Below are positions 1-10,195 of a DNA stretch of 45,333 nucleotides, piece after piece (positions within the stretch are counted from its first letter, which is position 1; each line of letters starts with the position of its first letter). A program made the translations under genes and the position numbers. The DNA is taken from the NCBI GenBank assembly GCA_026982535.1, contig JALSGX010000216.1, forward strand, positions 1 through 45,333, in the 5' to 3' direction. This DNA comes from Ghiorsea sp. (GTDB lineage Bacteria > Pseudomonadota > Zetaproteobacteria > Mariprofundales > Mariprofundaceae). The notes under the pieces were generated by a model, which was given only the letters and a program-made list of their open reading frames with translations, searched no databases and had not been told where the DNA came from.

Positions 1-382
<382 letters not shown>

Positions 383-919
383 TTACAGTTTGGAAGGCTG
401 AGAGCTCACAGACTCATCCAAAAGCTTATCAATATAATGGCTAAACTCCGCTTTCATCCAGTCTGCCTCACCTTTAATGTGTTGGCGAACAATACCTTTG
501 CGGTCAATAATATAGGACTCAGGAAATCGAAACACACCATACGATGCTGAAAAAGTAGAGTTAACATCATGCAAGACGGTAAAGTTCATACCATATTCTT
601 GAACAAACTTGACCACATCATCACGCTGCTTGTCCACCGAAACAGCAACAATCTCAAAACCTCTATCCTTAAACTTGTCATACACCTTCACCATAGACGG
701 TACTTCCTTACGGCATGGTGGACACCATGTTGCCCAGAAATTTAATAGCACAACTTTACCTTCAGGTAATCCCTGAATATCACCTTGTAGAGTTGGCAAG
801 CTGATAGGCTTTGCCATATCACCTACGCGTACGGGATGAACTGGCTCTGGCATCAGAACAAGCAATATTGCCACCAGCCCCAACAACAAACCAACTGCTA
901 TCATCACTCGTTTATTCAT
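383..919 (-). CDS. TlpA/ResA-family membrane-anchored thiol:disulfide oxidoreductase
   Basis: N-terminal TM anchor; LLNFWATWCPPCRKEVP motif; FPESYIIDRKG cis-Pro loop. Confidence 0.9.
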   Translation of the reverse strand: MNKRVMIAVGLLLGLVAILLVLMPEPVHPVRVGDMAKPISLPTLQGDIQGLPEGKVVLLNFWATWCPPCRKEVPSMVKVYDKFKDRGFEIVAVSVDKQRDDVVKFVQEYGMNFTVLHDVNSTFSASYGVFRFPESYIIDRKGIVRQHIKGEADWMKAEFSHYIDKLLDESVSSQPSKL

Positions 920-1175
920 GGCTATCCTCTTGCGCAGCCCTTAAAGCCAGCGCCAATTTTGGGTATTCAACAAAATGACGCACATATTCTTGCCCATTAA
1001 TCAGTAATACGGGCACATCATGACCATACTTCTCAAGCAAACTGCTATCTTTATCAACATCAACCACTTCAAGTTGACATAAGCCATTGCGCTGCGCCAA
1101 ATCTGCTGCGATATACGCATCATCACACAATGAACACTGCTGGCGTGTTATCACTTGCAACAGCGGCAACATCAT
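912..1175 (-). CDS. Glutaredoxin-like protein (DUF836 type)
   Basis: 87 aa; CSLC motif; VDVD...[16 protein letters not shown]; overlaps degP stop. Confidence 0.8.
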   Translation of the reverse strand: MMLPLLQVITRQQCSLCDDAYIAADLAQRNGLCQLEVVDVDKDSSLLEKYGHDVPVLLINGQEYVRHFVEYPKLALALRAAQEDSHE

Positions 1176-2557
1176 TTCCTTTTTGCTGCTACAACAATCA
1201 CGAATACTTGATCACCATGCCTGTCCAAAAGTACACGCAACGCATGGTCTTCGCTCAATCTTGATGCGTATTTTTCAAAAGTACGGATGTTTTTAATCTC
1301 ATGCCCATCAATACGCACAATCACATCACCTCGCTTAATGCCAGCTTTCGCTGCTGGTGAATTTAAGCGTACTTGCTTTACCAATACGCCAGTGGTGGTG
1401 CGTGTTCTCAAGCGCTCTATAGCTTCAGGGGTCAATGGCTCAACAATAATACCATGACTGGCTACTGCTTTTTTCTTGTTGCGCATCTTCGCCTGTGTGT
1501 CATCAGGCATTTCCTCTACAATCACAGGAATTGTTTTACGCTTGCCATCACGAATAATCGTAAGTACCACTTTATCGCCAGGCTGGTGGCGTGCGATTTT
1601 AATTGGCAAATCGTGCGCTTTACGAATAATCTCACCATCCACTGCCACAATCACATCACCTGCTTCTACACCCGCCTTATCTGCCGCAGAACCAGCTTCA
1701 ACTTGGGGCACAAGAGCACCTTGCCGGCTTTTTAGCCCCAGTGCCTGCATGGTTGCCTTATCCACATCTTGAATGCGCACACCCAATCTTGCGCGTTTGA
1801 CATGCCCATCTTCACGCAGTGCCTTGAATACTGTTTTTGCCAAATTGATAGGAATCGCAAAGCCAATACCATTATTACCACCGCTTTGTGAATAAATCGC
1901 TGTATTAATGCCAACAACTTCACCATGAATATTAAACAATGGTCCACCTGAATTACCTGGATTAATGGCAGCATCGGTTTGAATAAAATCGTCATACGGT
2001 CCAGAGCCAATTACACGACCCTTGGCAGATACAATACCCGCAGTTACCGTTTGCTCCAAGCCAAAAGGATTGCCAATGGCAACCACCCAGTCTCCCACAC
2101 GAAGCTTGTCGGAGTTACCAAGCTTTACAGGCTTTAAGCCTTTGCTATCAATTTTAAGTAGTGCCAAATCAAGCTTGGGGTCTGTACCAATCAGTTCAGC
2201 TTCCAACTCTTTACCATCGCTCAATGTAACGACAATCTCATCCGCATCTTTAACCACATGATTATTGGTCACAATATAGCCTTGTTTGGACAAAATAAAG
2301 CCCGTACCCAAGGCATGTCGTTCTTGTTGCGGTATTTGATCTAAAAAGCCCCGAAAAAAATCATCAAAAGGGGAGCCTGGCATATGAAAAGGATATGGAA
2401 GTTGCCTAGCTTTTGCATATTGCGTAGTACTGATATTCACCACTGAGGCTTTTTGCTCTGCTGCCAAATCAGCAAAACTACCAGGCATAGCCTGTACTAC
2501 AAAAGGTATAAGAACTATCGCTGCTACAATCCAGCTATATTTTAATATGCTATTCAA
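1172..2557 (-). CDS. degP: HtrA/DegP(DegQ/MucD) periplasmic serine endoprotease with two PDZ domains
   Basis: Signal peptide; [29 protein letters not shown] triad motifs; two PDZ repeats; TTG start preceded by GAGGAGG. Confidence 0.93.
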   Translation of the reverse strand: MNSILKYSWIVAAIVLIPFVVQAMPGSFADLAAEQKASVVNISTTQYAKARQLPYPFHMPGSPFDDFFRGFLDQIPQQERHALGTGFILSKQGYIVTNNHVVKDADEIVVTLSDGKELEAELIGTDPKLDLALLKIDSKGLKPVKLGNSDKLRVGDWVVAIGNPFGLEQTVTAGIVSAKGRVIGSGPYDDFIQTDAAINPGNSGGPLFNIHGEVVGINTAIYSQSGGNNGIGFAIPINLAKTVFKALREDGHVKRARLGVRIQDVDKATMQALGLKSRQGALVPQVEAGSAADKAGVEAGDVIVAVDGEIIRKAHDLPIKIARHQPGDKVVLTIIRDGKRKTIPVIVEEMPDDTQAKMRNKKKAVASHGIIVEPLTPEAIERLRTRTTTGVLVKQVRLNSPAAKAGIKRGDVIVRIDGHEIKNIRTFEKYASRLSEDHALRVLLDRHGDQVFVIVVAAKRK

Positions 2558-2615
2558 ACCTGCCTCCTCTTTGAGGTTTTTCTGAACTTATATTGCCAAA
2601 CACTGAGCGCTATAC

Positions 2616-2633
2616 ATGAATATTGAATGAATA
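2616..2633 (-). promoter_or_regulatory. Direct repeat TATTCAT-N4-TATTCAT (11-bp period) upstream of degP; candidate OmpR/PhoB-family regulator site
   Basis: Plus strand atgaata(2616-2622)-ttga-atgaata(2627-2633) in the rseC-degP gap. The regulator identity is inference. Confidence 0.3.
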
Positions 2634-2648
2634 CGCACTCACCATTAT

Positions 2649-3089
2649 TTATTCAAGCCTTTCAATTTCAACCATTTCGGGCATTTGTATCATATTTGGG
2701 CGTTGCATCAACCACATCCATATTGCCCCCGCTGCCAGCAAACCACCCAAAGCAGAAAACAAATCTCCTGATAAACCAAACTTTTCTGCAAATTGAAAGC
2801 TGATAGCGCCCACAACCAAAAATGCCAACACGGGGTAACCATAAAAGGTCATGCTTGCCGTTAAAATCAATTGATCAGGCACTTCTACGGTGACCCTGTC
2901 ACCTGGCTTGGCTTGCAGCGTATTGGGCAAGCGAATATCATAATCTTGCGTATTCTTCTTTTTTATATTCCATGAGCCAAGCGTGCCGCAAGCTGATTTA
3001 CCCCCGCATGAACCACAAGATGACTCACGAGATGCGCGAATGACCACATGATCCTTCTCTACTGCAATGACGATACCTGTTTTTTTCAA
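2649..3089 (-). CDS. rseC: RseC/MucC family membrane protein (SoxR-reducing system)
   Basis: RESSCGSCGGKSACGT Cys cluster, AKPGDRVTVEVP, two C-terminal TM helices (YGYPVLAFL). Confidence 0.85.
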   Translation of the reverse strand: MKKTGIVIAVEKDHVVIRASRESSCGSCGGKSACGTLGSWNIKKKNTQDYDIRLPNTLQAKPGDRVTVEVPDQLILTASMTFYGYPVLAFLVVGAISFQFAEKFGLSGDLFSALGGLLAAGAIWMWLMQRPNMIQMPEMVEIERLE

Positions 3090-4027
3090 CCTAAAACATC
3101 CCCTACTTGTATGGAAGAGCCGCGCAAAAAATCTGCTACATTCATAGCTTTTTTACCTTCAGGCTGAACCTCAGTCATCCGATAAACCTGCCCATTGCCA
3201 CAACATACATCCAAACCTTGTTTCACAGCAAGCACTGTACCAGGAGTCTTGGTACAACAAGAGCTTTTCAAGGCTTGACCAACAATCACCTTAAGTATTT
3301 TTCCTTGATATAAGGTGCGTGCACCAGGCTTGGGGGCAAAGCAGCGCACCAGCCTTTCAATCACACCTGCATCCAAAGTCCAGTTAACCACTCGCTCTTC
3401 ATTGGTAATTTTTTTGGCATAGGTCACGCCTGATTCATCTTGTGCCTTGGGCTTAAGCTTGCCCGATACAATCTGGGGTAAGCTCTCCATTAGAGCTTCA
3501 GCACCCAACTTTTCTAAATCAGTCCACAACGATTGCCCTGTGCTTGTAGATGTGATCGGTATGCGTTTTTCAAAGTAAATACCACCCGTATCCAAGCCTT
3601 CTTCCATCCGCATAATACAAACACCAGTCTCGTTATCACCCGCCAACAGAGCGCGTTCAATAGGTGCAGCACCTCGCCAGCGTGGGAGTAATGAAGCATG
3701 TACATTGATGGGCGCAACCTTAGGTGCTTCAAGCCAAGACACTGGCAAAATCATACCAAATGCCACCACCACCAACACATCACAGTCTTTTGCTTTAAGC
3801 CATGATAATGCTTCATCATTATCTCGTAGCTTTTCAGGCGTAATCACATCAACACCTGCGGCCAATGCGGCCTTTTTCACAGGTGAAGGGGTCAATTTCA
3901 TGCCACGCCCTGATTTGCGGTCGGGCTGAGAAACCACACCTACCACTTCCACATCATCAAAAGCCAGCAAAGCACGCAAACAACCCACGGAAAATGCAGG
4001 TGTACCCGCAAACACGACTTTCATCAC
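3086..4027 (-). CDS. fmt: Methionyl-tRNA formyltransferase
   Basis: VFAGTPAF, QPDRKSGRG, INVHASLLPRWRGAAPI, GLDTG motifs; follows def. Confidence 0.97.
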   Translation of the reverse strand: MMKVVFAGTPAFSVGCLRALLAFDDVEVVGVVSQPDRKSGRGMKLTPSPVKKAALAAGVDVITPEKLRDNDEALSWLKAKDCDVLVVVAFGMILPVSWLEAPKVAPINVHASLLPRWRGAAPIERALLAGDNETGVCIMRMEEGLDTGGIYFEKRIPITSTSTGQSLWTDLEKLGAEALMESLPQIVSGKLKPKAQDESGVTYAKKITNEERVVNWTLDAGVIERLVRCFAPKPGARTLYQGKILKVIVGQALKSSCCTKTPGTVLAVKQGLDVCCGNGQVYRMTEVQPEGKKAMNVADFLRGSSIQVGDVLG

Positions 4028-4536
4028 GATAAATACTTCTTCTTCAATTTCTTGATAATCATATTGCGTTTAAGGCGGCTGAAATAGTCGATAAACACTT
4101 TACCATCCAAATGGTCAAACTCATGCTGCAATGCCACAGCTTGAAAGCCTGTGAAATCTTCCTCATGTTGCTTGCCTTCCAAGTCATACCAACGCAAGCG
4201 CACCGCACTGGGTCGCTCCACATCACCATAGATTTCAGGCAAGGATAAACAACCTTCCTCAGTCACTTCTGTTTCATCACTTTTCCAAAGAAACTCAGGA
4301 TTTATCCACACTTGATGATTTTTAATCCCATCTTCACTGCGCCAATCCACATCAGTCACCGCAACCCGTAACGACACCCCAATTTGCGGAGCTGCAAGCC
4401 CCACACCCGGTGCATCATACATGGTATCGAGCAAGTCCTGCACGAGATCTTTCAGCCCATCATCAAAAACTTTCACAGGCTTTGCCACCTGCTTCAAGCA
4501 ATCTTCAGGATAAATCAAAATGCGTTTAACTGCCAT
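4024..4536 (-). CDS. def: Peptide deformylase
   Basis: GVGLAAPQIG, EGCLSLP, QHEFDHLDG motifs. Confidence 0.98.
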   Translation of the reverse strand: MAVKRILIYPEDCLKQVAKPVKVFDDGLKDLVQDLLDTMYDAPGVGLAAPQIGVSLRVAVTDVDWRSEDGIKNHQVWINPEFLWKSDETEVTEEGCLSLPEIYGDVERPSAVRLRWYDLEGKQHEEDFTGFQAVALQHEFDHLDGKVFIDYFSRLKRNMIIKKLKKKYLS

Positions 4537-5469
4537 TTATACCTCGCTCTTCCACGGTGTTAGTAAGGTTAAGGCTTGGTTCAAGCCACCATAACTTAAA
4601 GCATAAGGTGCAAGCTGGCGCACTTTGGGTTTGGCATGAAAGGCAATGCCCAGCCCTGCCGTTTCCAGCATGGGTAAATCATTGGCTCCATCACCCAAAG
4701 CCACAGACGCAGCCAAATCAATGCCCCAATCTTTGCTTTTTTGTATCAATAATTCTTTTTTCACTTGAGCATCCACAATATCGCCCAAAACACGACCTGT
4801 CAGCTTACCATTTACAATCTCTAAAGTGTTGGCAGCTACAAAATCAAGGTTTAACCGTGCCTGCAACAAATCTGTAAAATAAGTAAATCCACCTGATACC
4901 AAGCCTACTTTCCAACCTGCTTGATGCACGGTTTTAATCAGATCTTCTGCACCAGTGGTCAGTCGAATACGGTCGTCATACACTTGCTTAAGCACATCTT
5001 CATCCAAACCCGCGAGAAGCTTTACTCGCGCAACCAAGGATTCAGCGAAGTCCAACTTACCTTCCATAGCTTGTTGAGTGATTGCTGCAATATCTTTTTT
5101 GATACCCAAAAAATCGGCAGTTTCATCAATACACTCACACTGAATCAGCGTGCTATCCATATCCATAAAAAGAATGCCCCGAGCATCCAAGTTCGGCATA
5201 GGGTTAGCATCTACAAATGCAATATCCACACCTGTTTGATCAGATAAGCCGCGAAATTGTTTACTTAAAAACTTGGCTGACACACCTTGGCCTTCAATAC
5301 CACATATCCAGCCATCTAATACCTTATCTGCCGATATCACTTCAAGCTTTGCGTGACGCAATGCTTCAGCAATCAAGGTATAAGCTTGTTCATGACCATT
5401 GGCAGATACATAAAGCTGCAAATTGGCAACACGCTCACCAGCACTTTGGGATACCCACGCATTCAACAT
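4537..5469 (-). CDS. serB: Phosphoserine phosphatase
   Basis: HAD motifs DMDSTLI.ECIDE, VSGGF, GDGANDLPML, FHAKPKV. Confidence 0.95.
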   Translation of the reverse strand: MLNAWVSQSAGERVANLQLYVSANGHEQAYTLIAEALRHAKLEVISADKVLDGWICGIEGQGVSAKFLSKQFRGLSDQTGVDIAFVDANPMPNLDARGILFMDMDSTLIQCECIDETADFLGIKKDIAAITQQAMEGKLDFAESLVARVKLLAGLDEDVLKQVYDDRIRLTTGAEDLIKTVHQAGWKVGLVSGGFTYFTDLLQARLNLDFVAANTLEIVNGKLTGRVLGDIVDAQVKKELLIQKSKDWGIDLAASVALGDGANDLPMLETAGLGIAFHAKPKVRQLAPYALSYGGLNQALTLLTPWKSEV

Positions 5470-5510
5470 AAGCCGTAGCTTATAAAAATATACAAAAATT
5501 CATACTTTTT

Positions 5511-6605
5511 TTACTGAAAGTCAGCTAAAAACTGACCATATCCTTCTTCTTCAAGCTTAGACACAGGAATAAAGCGCAATGCTGCCGAATTGATACAATA
5601 GCGTAAGCCTGTGGTTTCTTTTGGTCCATCATGAAATACATGACCAAGGTGCGAATCAGCTCGTCTACTGCGCACCTCGGTGCGTGTACTGAATAAGCGG
5701 CGATCAACTTTTTCAATGATATTTTCTTTGACCAATGGACGATCAAAACTTGGCCAACCTGTACCCGAATCATACTTGTGTTGTGAGCTAAACAATGGCT
5801 CACCTGATACAATATCCACATAAATGCCAGCTTCTTTGTTATCCCAATAGGCGTTGTTAAAGGGTGGCTCTGTGCCCTCTTCTTGGGTCACTTTGTATTG
5901 CATGGGTGTAAGCTTCTCTTTTAAGCTGCTCATTTTCTTGTGTTCTCCTCTATCTTTGCCCCACACACTGTCTAAATACTGGTCGCGTCCTGAACCTTTG
6001 CGATAATACCAGTATCGTATAGGGTTTTTCTTATAGTAATCTTGATGATAATCCTCAGCGGCATAAAATGTTTGTGCTGGTTTGATGGGGGTGACAATGG
6101 GTTTACCAAATAAACCGCTTGCATCCATCTTGGCTTTGGAAGCTTCTGCAAGTTTGCGTTGCTTATCATTCAAATAAAAAATACCCGTGCTATAGGCATA
6201 GCCCCTATCCACAAACTGACCACCTGCATCCGTGGGGTTGATTTGGCGCCAAAAAACATCAAGCAACTTATCATAACTGACTTGCGCTGGATGATAAGTG
6301 ATTTCAACTGCTTCCAAGTGCCCACCTTGCACATAATTTTCATAGGTCGGGTGCTTGGTTTTGCCCGTGGTATAGCCTGAAACCACAGCAACCACACCAT
6401 CAAGCTGCTCAAAAGGTTTTTCCATACACCAAAAGCAACCACCTGCAAAAATGGCTTTTTCCAACTCCATCATATTGTCAGGTTGCAAGCTTCCCATTGC
6501 TGATGCATTAACCATTAGGTCTTTGGCATTGCTCAGCATGGGTAACGCAAGTAGTAACACTGCGCCCGTGAGTAGTACAGTGTTCAATAATATATTTTTA
6601 TTCAT
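5511..6605 (-). CDS. msrAB: Secreted bifunctional peptide methionine sulfoxide reductase MsrA-MsrB
   Basis: Signal peptide; Msr[11 protein letters not shown] and AEDYHQDYY; Msr[30 protein letters not shown]. Confidence 0.93.
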   Translation of the reverse strand: MNKNILLNTVLLTGAVLLLALPMLSNAKDLMVNASAMGSLQPDNMMELEKAIFAGGCFWCMEKPFEQLDGVVAVVSGYTTGKTKHPTYENYVQGGHLEAVEITYHPAQVSYDKLLDVFWRQINPTDAGGQFVDRGYAYSTGIFYLNDKQRKLAEASKAKMDASGLFGKPIVTPIKPAQTFYAAEDYHQDYYKKNPIRYWYYRKGSGRDQYLDSVWGKDRGEHKKMSSLKEKLTPMQYKVTQEEGTEPPFNNAYWDNKEAGIYVDIVSGEPLFSSQHKYDSGTGWPSFDRPLVKENIIEKVDRRLFSTRTEVRSRRADSHLGHVFHDGPKETTGLRYCINSAALRFIPVSKLEEEGYGQFLADFQ

Positions 6606-6653
6606 AAACCTTCACCTTTTGTTTTAAGATGAAACTATCATAAATCATAAATA

Positions 6654-6673
6654 TCACAGTTTTATCACTGTGA
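6654..6673. promoter_or_regulatory. Palindrome TCACAGT-N6-ACTGTGA upstream of msrAB (candidate operator)
   Basis: Perfect 7-bp inverted repeat about 50 bp upstream of the msrAB ATG in an AT-rich gap. Confidence 0.35.
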
Positions 6674-6693
6674 AAGTATAAAGATATTGTTAC

Positions 6694-6870
6694 TTAATAT
6701 GCGGGTCTTCCATTGGGCGAAACTTGCTCATCCCCTTCGGCAACACCTACTGCATCTATCGCATTTTTCTCATACGGTTTGGGGTTGTGTGGCTTGTCCA
6801 CTTTAACAGCCTGCACACCACCATCACAAGACGCAAGCAAAAACAAAACAGGAAGAAGATATTTCATCAT
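6694..6870 (-). CDS. Small hypothetical lipoprotein (~58 aa)
   Basis: MMKYLLPVLFLLASC lipobox; ATG overlaps queD stop (ATGA). Confidence 0.65.
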   Translation of the reverse strand: MMKYLLPVLFLLASCDGGVQAVKVDKPHNPKPYEKNAIDAVGVAEGDEQVSPNGRPAY

Positions 6871-7241
6871 GGCCAATAAGTCACTTTAGCCGTGCAGGTT
6901 TCAGAAATTTCAATACGCGACACTTTCAGTCTATCATTATCCAAACGACCTGCCATTTCTTTGTATAATTCAGCCGCAACATTCTCACTCGTGGGGTTGA
7001 TGGCATCAAACGGTGAAACATCATTTAAATTGTAGTGATCCCACGGCTCTAATGCGGCTTTAAGCTCTGTCTTCATGACTTTGTAATCAATACCCATACC
7101 AAGCGCATCAAGCTCACGACATTCCACATACAAGCGAACATGCCAGTTGTGACCATGTAATCTTGCGCAATCACCCGCATAGCCACGCAACTGATGTGCT
7201 GCGGAGAAATGCGTTTCAATCATAAGTTCATAGCGAGGCAT
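6867..7241 (-). CDS. queD: 6-carboxy-5,6,7,8-tetrahydropterin synthase
   Basis: FSAAHQL, CARLHGHNW, DHYNLN, NPTSENVA, SET motifs; start moved to MPRYELM (7241). Confidence 0.93.
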   Translation of the reverse strand: MPRYELMIETHFSAAHQLRGYAGDCARLHGHNWHVRLYVECRELDALGMGIDYKVMKTELKAALEPWDHYNLNDVSPFDAINPTSENVAAELYKEMAGRLDNDRLKVSRIEISETCTAKVTYWP

Positions 7242-7245
7242 AGAG

Positions 7246-7650
7246 TTATCCTCGAACCTTGGGCAACAGCATGGCTGCTGCCACATTACGCCCTTCTGAA
7301 ACTAAAATATTGAAAGTGCGTGCTGCTGAAAATGAGTCCATACATTCAAAACCCACATGCAAATCTGCCAAATAATCCATCACCTCATATGATGGAAAAG
7401 CCGTTCGCCTACCTGTACCAATAACAAGAACTTCAGGGGTATTTTCTTCAAGCCGCTGCAAATCAGCAATGGTTACTGTTGAAATACTCCCATCAATCCA
7501 TGGCGTGGTTATCTTTCCATGATGAAACATCAGGCTTGATTCAACTTTATCCTGCCCCAATTGGAAATAATCATCACCATAGGCATGGAAAATACGCTGC
7601 CCACTTTCCAGTGCAGGTGTAATATCATTCTGCATCACTGTGCCTAGCAT
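7246..7650 (-). CDS. Mth938-like domain protein (DUF498/DUF598)
   Basis: PEVLVIGTG, ECMDS.SAARTFNILVSEGR.VAAAML; start may be 7635. Confidence 0.85.
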   Translation of the reverse strand: MLGTVMQNDITPALESGQRIFHAYGDDYFQLGQDKVESSLMFHHGKITTPWIDGSISTVTIADLQRLEENTPEVLVIGTGRRTAFPSYEVMDYLADLHVGFECMDSFSAARTFNILVSEGRNVAAAMLLPKVRG

Positions 7651-7653
7651 GGT

Positions 7654-8598
7654 TTAAGGGCGCGCTTCCAGTTCTTTAAGCTCTTCTTCACTCATTTCAA
7701 ACTTACCTTCGAGCGAAAGCATGATGGGTGTGGCAATAAAAATGGATGAATATGTGCCCACAGCAATACCCACCAACAAAGCAAAGGCAAAGTTGTGAAT
7801 CACTTCTCCACCCAAGAAGTATAAGGAAAAAACCACCAATAGCGTGGTTACCGATGTCATTAAGGTTCGTGCTAATGTTTGATTGATGGATTGATTACAA
7901 ACCGTCACTTCATCCAAAGGATTCTTTTTCTTTTTATTGGCTTCAAAGTTTTCACGAATACGGTCAAACACCACAATGGTATCATTCAGCGAGTAACCTA
8001 AAACTGTAAGCAACGCTGCCACCACAGATAATGAGAACTCCAAGCCAAGCAAAGAAAATACACCCACCACAATAATAATATCATGTAAAATGGCAGCATC
8101 TGCGCCCAAAGCAAAGCGCAACTTAAACCTCACCATCACATAAATTAAGATACCAATTAAAGTGTAAAACACAGCCATCATACCTGCTGTTTTGAGCTCC
8201 TCACCCACTTGTGGACCCACAAACTCAACCCTTCGCATTTCAACCTGATCTGCACCAAAAGCATTGGTTAAAGCATCCAGAATCGCTGTGCTAATCACTG
8301 ATGACTCGATATCTTCTCGGTTTTGCACACGAATCAAAATCTCTTTGGGTGAACCAAACTCTTGAATCACAGCTTTTTCATAGCCTTCAGGCGCAATGGC
8401 ACGACGAATATCCGCAATGGAAACCTGCTGATGGAAGCGCACCTCAACCAATGTGCCTCCGGTAAAATCAATGCCTAAGTTTAGACCCTTAAAGCCAATC
8501 AGTGCCAGAGAGGCTACCAGCATCACCGCTGAAATAGCAAGCGCGATTTTACGCTTTTCTAAAAAGTTGATATTAATATCAGAGCGAATCAATTGCAT
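7654..8598 (-). CDS. secF: Protein translocase subunit SecF
   Basis: NLGIDFTGG, VGPQVG.EL, GYSLNDTIVVFDRIREN, GTYSSIFIA. Confidence 0.97.
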   Translation of the reverse strand: MQLIRSDININFLEKRKIALAISAVMLVASLALIGFKGLNLGIDFTGGTLVEVRFHQQVSIADIRRAIAPEGYEKAVIQEFGSPKEILIRVQNREDIESSVISTAILDALTNAFGADQVEMRRVEFVGPQVGEELKTAGMMAVFYTLIGILIYVMVRFKLRFALGADAAILHDIIIVVGVFSLLGLEFSLSVVAALLTVLGYSLNDTIVVFDRIRENFEANKKKKNPLDEVTVCNQSINQTLARTLMTSVTTLLVVFSLYFLGGEVIHNFAFALLVGIAVGTYSSIFIATPIMLSLEGKFEMSEEELKELEARP

Positions 8599-8608
8599 TA
8601 TAAGCTCC

Positions 8609-10165
8609 TCAGATGCTTAATGATTTTAATTTTTTCTTCTTGCGGTAAGCCAAATAAGTCATAGCACGGGTTACCACAATGGCAGTGAACATGGAAGCCA
8701 AAATACCCACACTCAATGTAACCGCGAAACCTTTAATCGGACCTGAACCAAATTGAAACAATACAATGGCAGCAATCAGGGTTGTAACATTGGCATCCAT
8801 AATCGTTGAAAAAGCTTTATTGTAGCCACCATCAATGGCAGCCAGTGGTGTCTTGCCATTATTTAACTCTTCTCGAATCCGCTCAAATATCAGCACATTG
8901 GCATCCACAGCCATACCAATAGTCAACACAATACCAGCAATACCAGGAAGTGTTAATGTTGCGCCAATCATACTCATGGCTGCAGCTATCAATATGATAT
9001 TGAATGCCAAGGCAATATTGGCAAACAAGCCAAACATTCGGTAGTAAACAAGCATAAAAACAAGAACAGCAATAAAGCCATAAATAATAGAGTTTAACCC
9101 TTGATCAATCGAATCCTGACCCAAGCTTGGACCAATCGAACGCTCTTCCACCACTTTAATCGGTGCGGGCAATGCGCCAGCACGCAACACAATAGCCAAA
9201 GCTTGCGCCTCTTGTGTTGTAAACGCGCCAGTAATTTGCGCTGTTCCACCAGAAATTCGCTCTTGAATCACAGGGGCAGACTGCACCACACCTTCAAGCA
9301 AAATGGCAAATCGTTTTTTTACATTTTCTTTGGTTAAACGATCAAATTTGCGCGCGCCTTGATTGTTAAACTTCAATGATACCGCGGGCTGATTGCTTTG
9401 TGGATCAATGGTAATGCGTGCCATGGCCACATCTTTACCTGATAACTCGGTACGCTTCTTCAACAAAATAGGGCGACCATCCTCAAAGTAGGCTATCATG
9501 TCACCAGGCGGAATACGCCCCGCAAGAGCCGCTTCTAAATCACCCTTTTCATCCACAAGCTTAAACTCCAACTGTGCTGTTTGCCCTATAATAGACTTGG
9601 CACGCGCAGAGTCTTCGTAGCCAGGAATTTGTACCAACACCCGCCTATCACCTTGACGCATAATCACAGGCTCAGTTGTGCCTAAAGCGTCCACACGACG
9701 GCGAATAACCTCAATGGTTTGCTCAATAGCATATGATCTGATTTCTTTAGCTTCACGCTCAGAAATGGTAAAAACAAGCTGACCCTCTTCTGGTTGATTC
9801 ATTTCATAACCAAACAAGGTCTTTTTTAACAGGCGCGCAGCCTTATCTGCGTCTTCTGGATTTTTCAAAACCACGCTAACTTGTGTATCATTGCTATCTA
9901 ACTTGCGATAGCGAATTTTTGCTTCGCGGAGCGTTCTGCGAATCACATTGATATTATCAGAGACTTGTTGCGCAACCACCTTTTCAATATCAACATCAAC
10001 GACAAGGTGTATGCCACCTTTTAAGTCCAAGCCTAAATTCAGTGGTTTACTGAATGATGCTGGCCACCAACTGGGTACCGTTATCACATTGGGTGCCGCG
10101 CCCATCACGGCAGCAACGAACACTGTTACAATGAGCCAAAACTTCCAAGGTGCATACTTTTGCAT
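8609..10165 (-). CDS. secD: Protein translocase subunit SecD
   Basis: LGLDLKGG, LRAGALPAP, IGPSLG, GMAVDANVLIFERIREE. Confidence 0.97.
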   Translation of the reverse strand: MQKYAPWKFWLIVTVFVAAVMGAAPNVITVPSWWPASFSKPLNLGLDLKGGIHLVVDVDIEKVVAQQVSDNINVIRRTLREAKIRYRKLDSNDTQVSVVLKNPEDADKAARLLKKTLFGYEMNQPEEGQLVFTISEREAKEIRSYAIEQTIEVIRRRVDALGTTEPVIMRQGDRRVLVQIPGYEDSARAKSIIGQTAQLEFKLVDEKGDLEAALAGRIPPGDMIAYFEDGRPILLKKRTELSGKDVAMARITIDPQSNQPAVSLKFNNQGARKFDRLTKENVKKRFAILLEGVVQSAPVIQERISGGTAQITGAFTTQEAQALAIVLRAGALPAPIKVVEERSIGPSLGQDSIDQGLNSIIYGFIAVLVFMLVYYRMFGLFANIALAFNIILIAAAMSMIGATLTLPGIAGIVLTIGMAVDANVLIFERIREELNNGKTPLAAIDGGYNKAFSTIMDANVTTLIAAIVLFQFGSGPIKGFAVTLSVGILASMFTAIVVTRAMTYLAYRKKKKLKSLSI

Positions 10166-10195
10166 GATTGTGTCCTTATCTTGTTAATACTGAAC

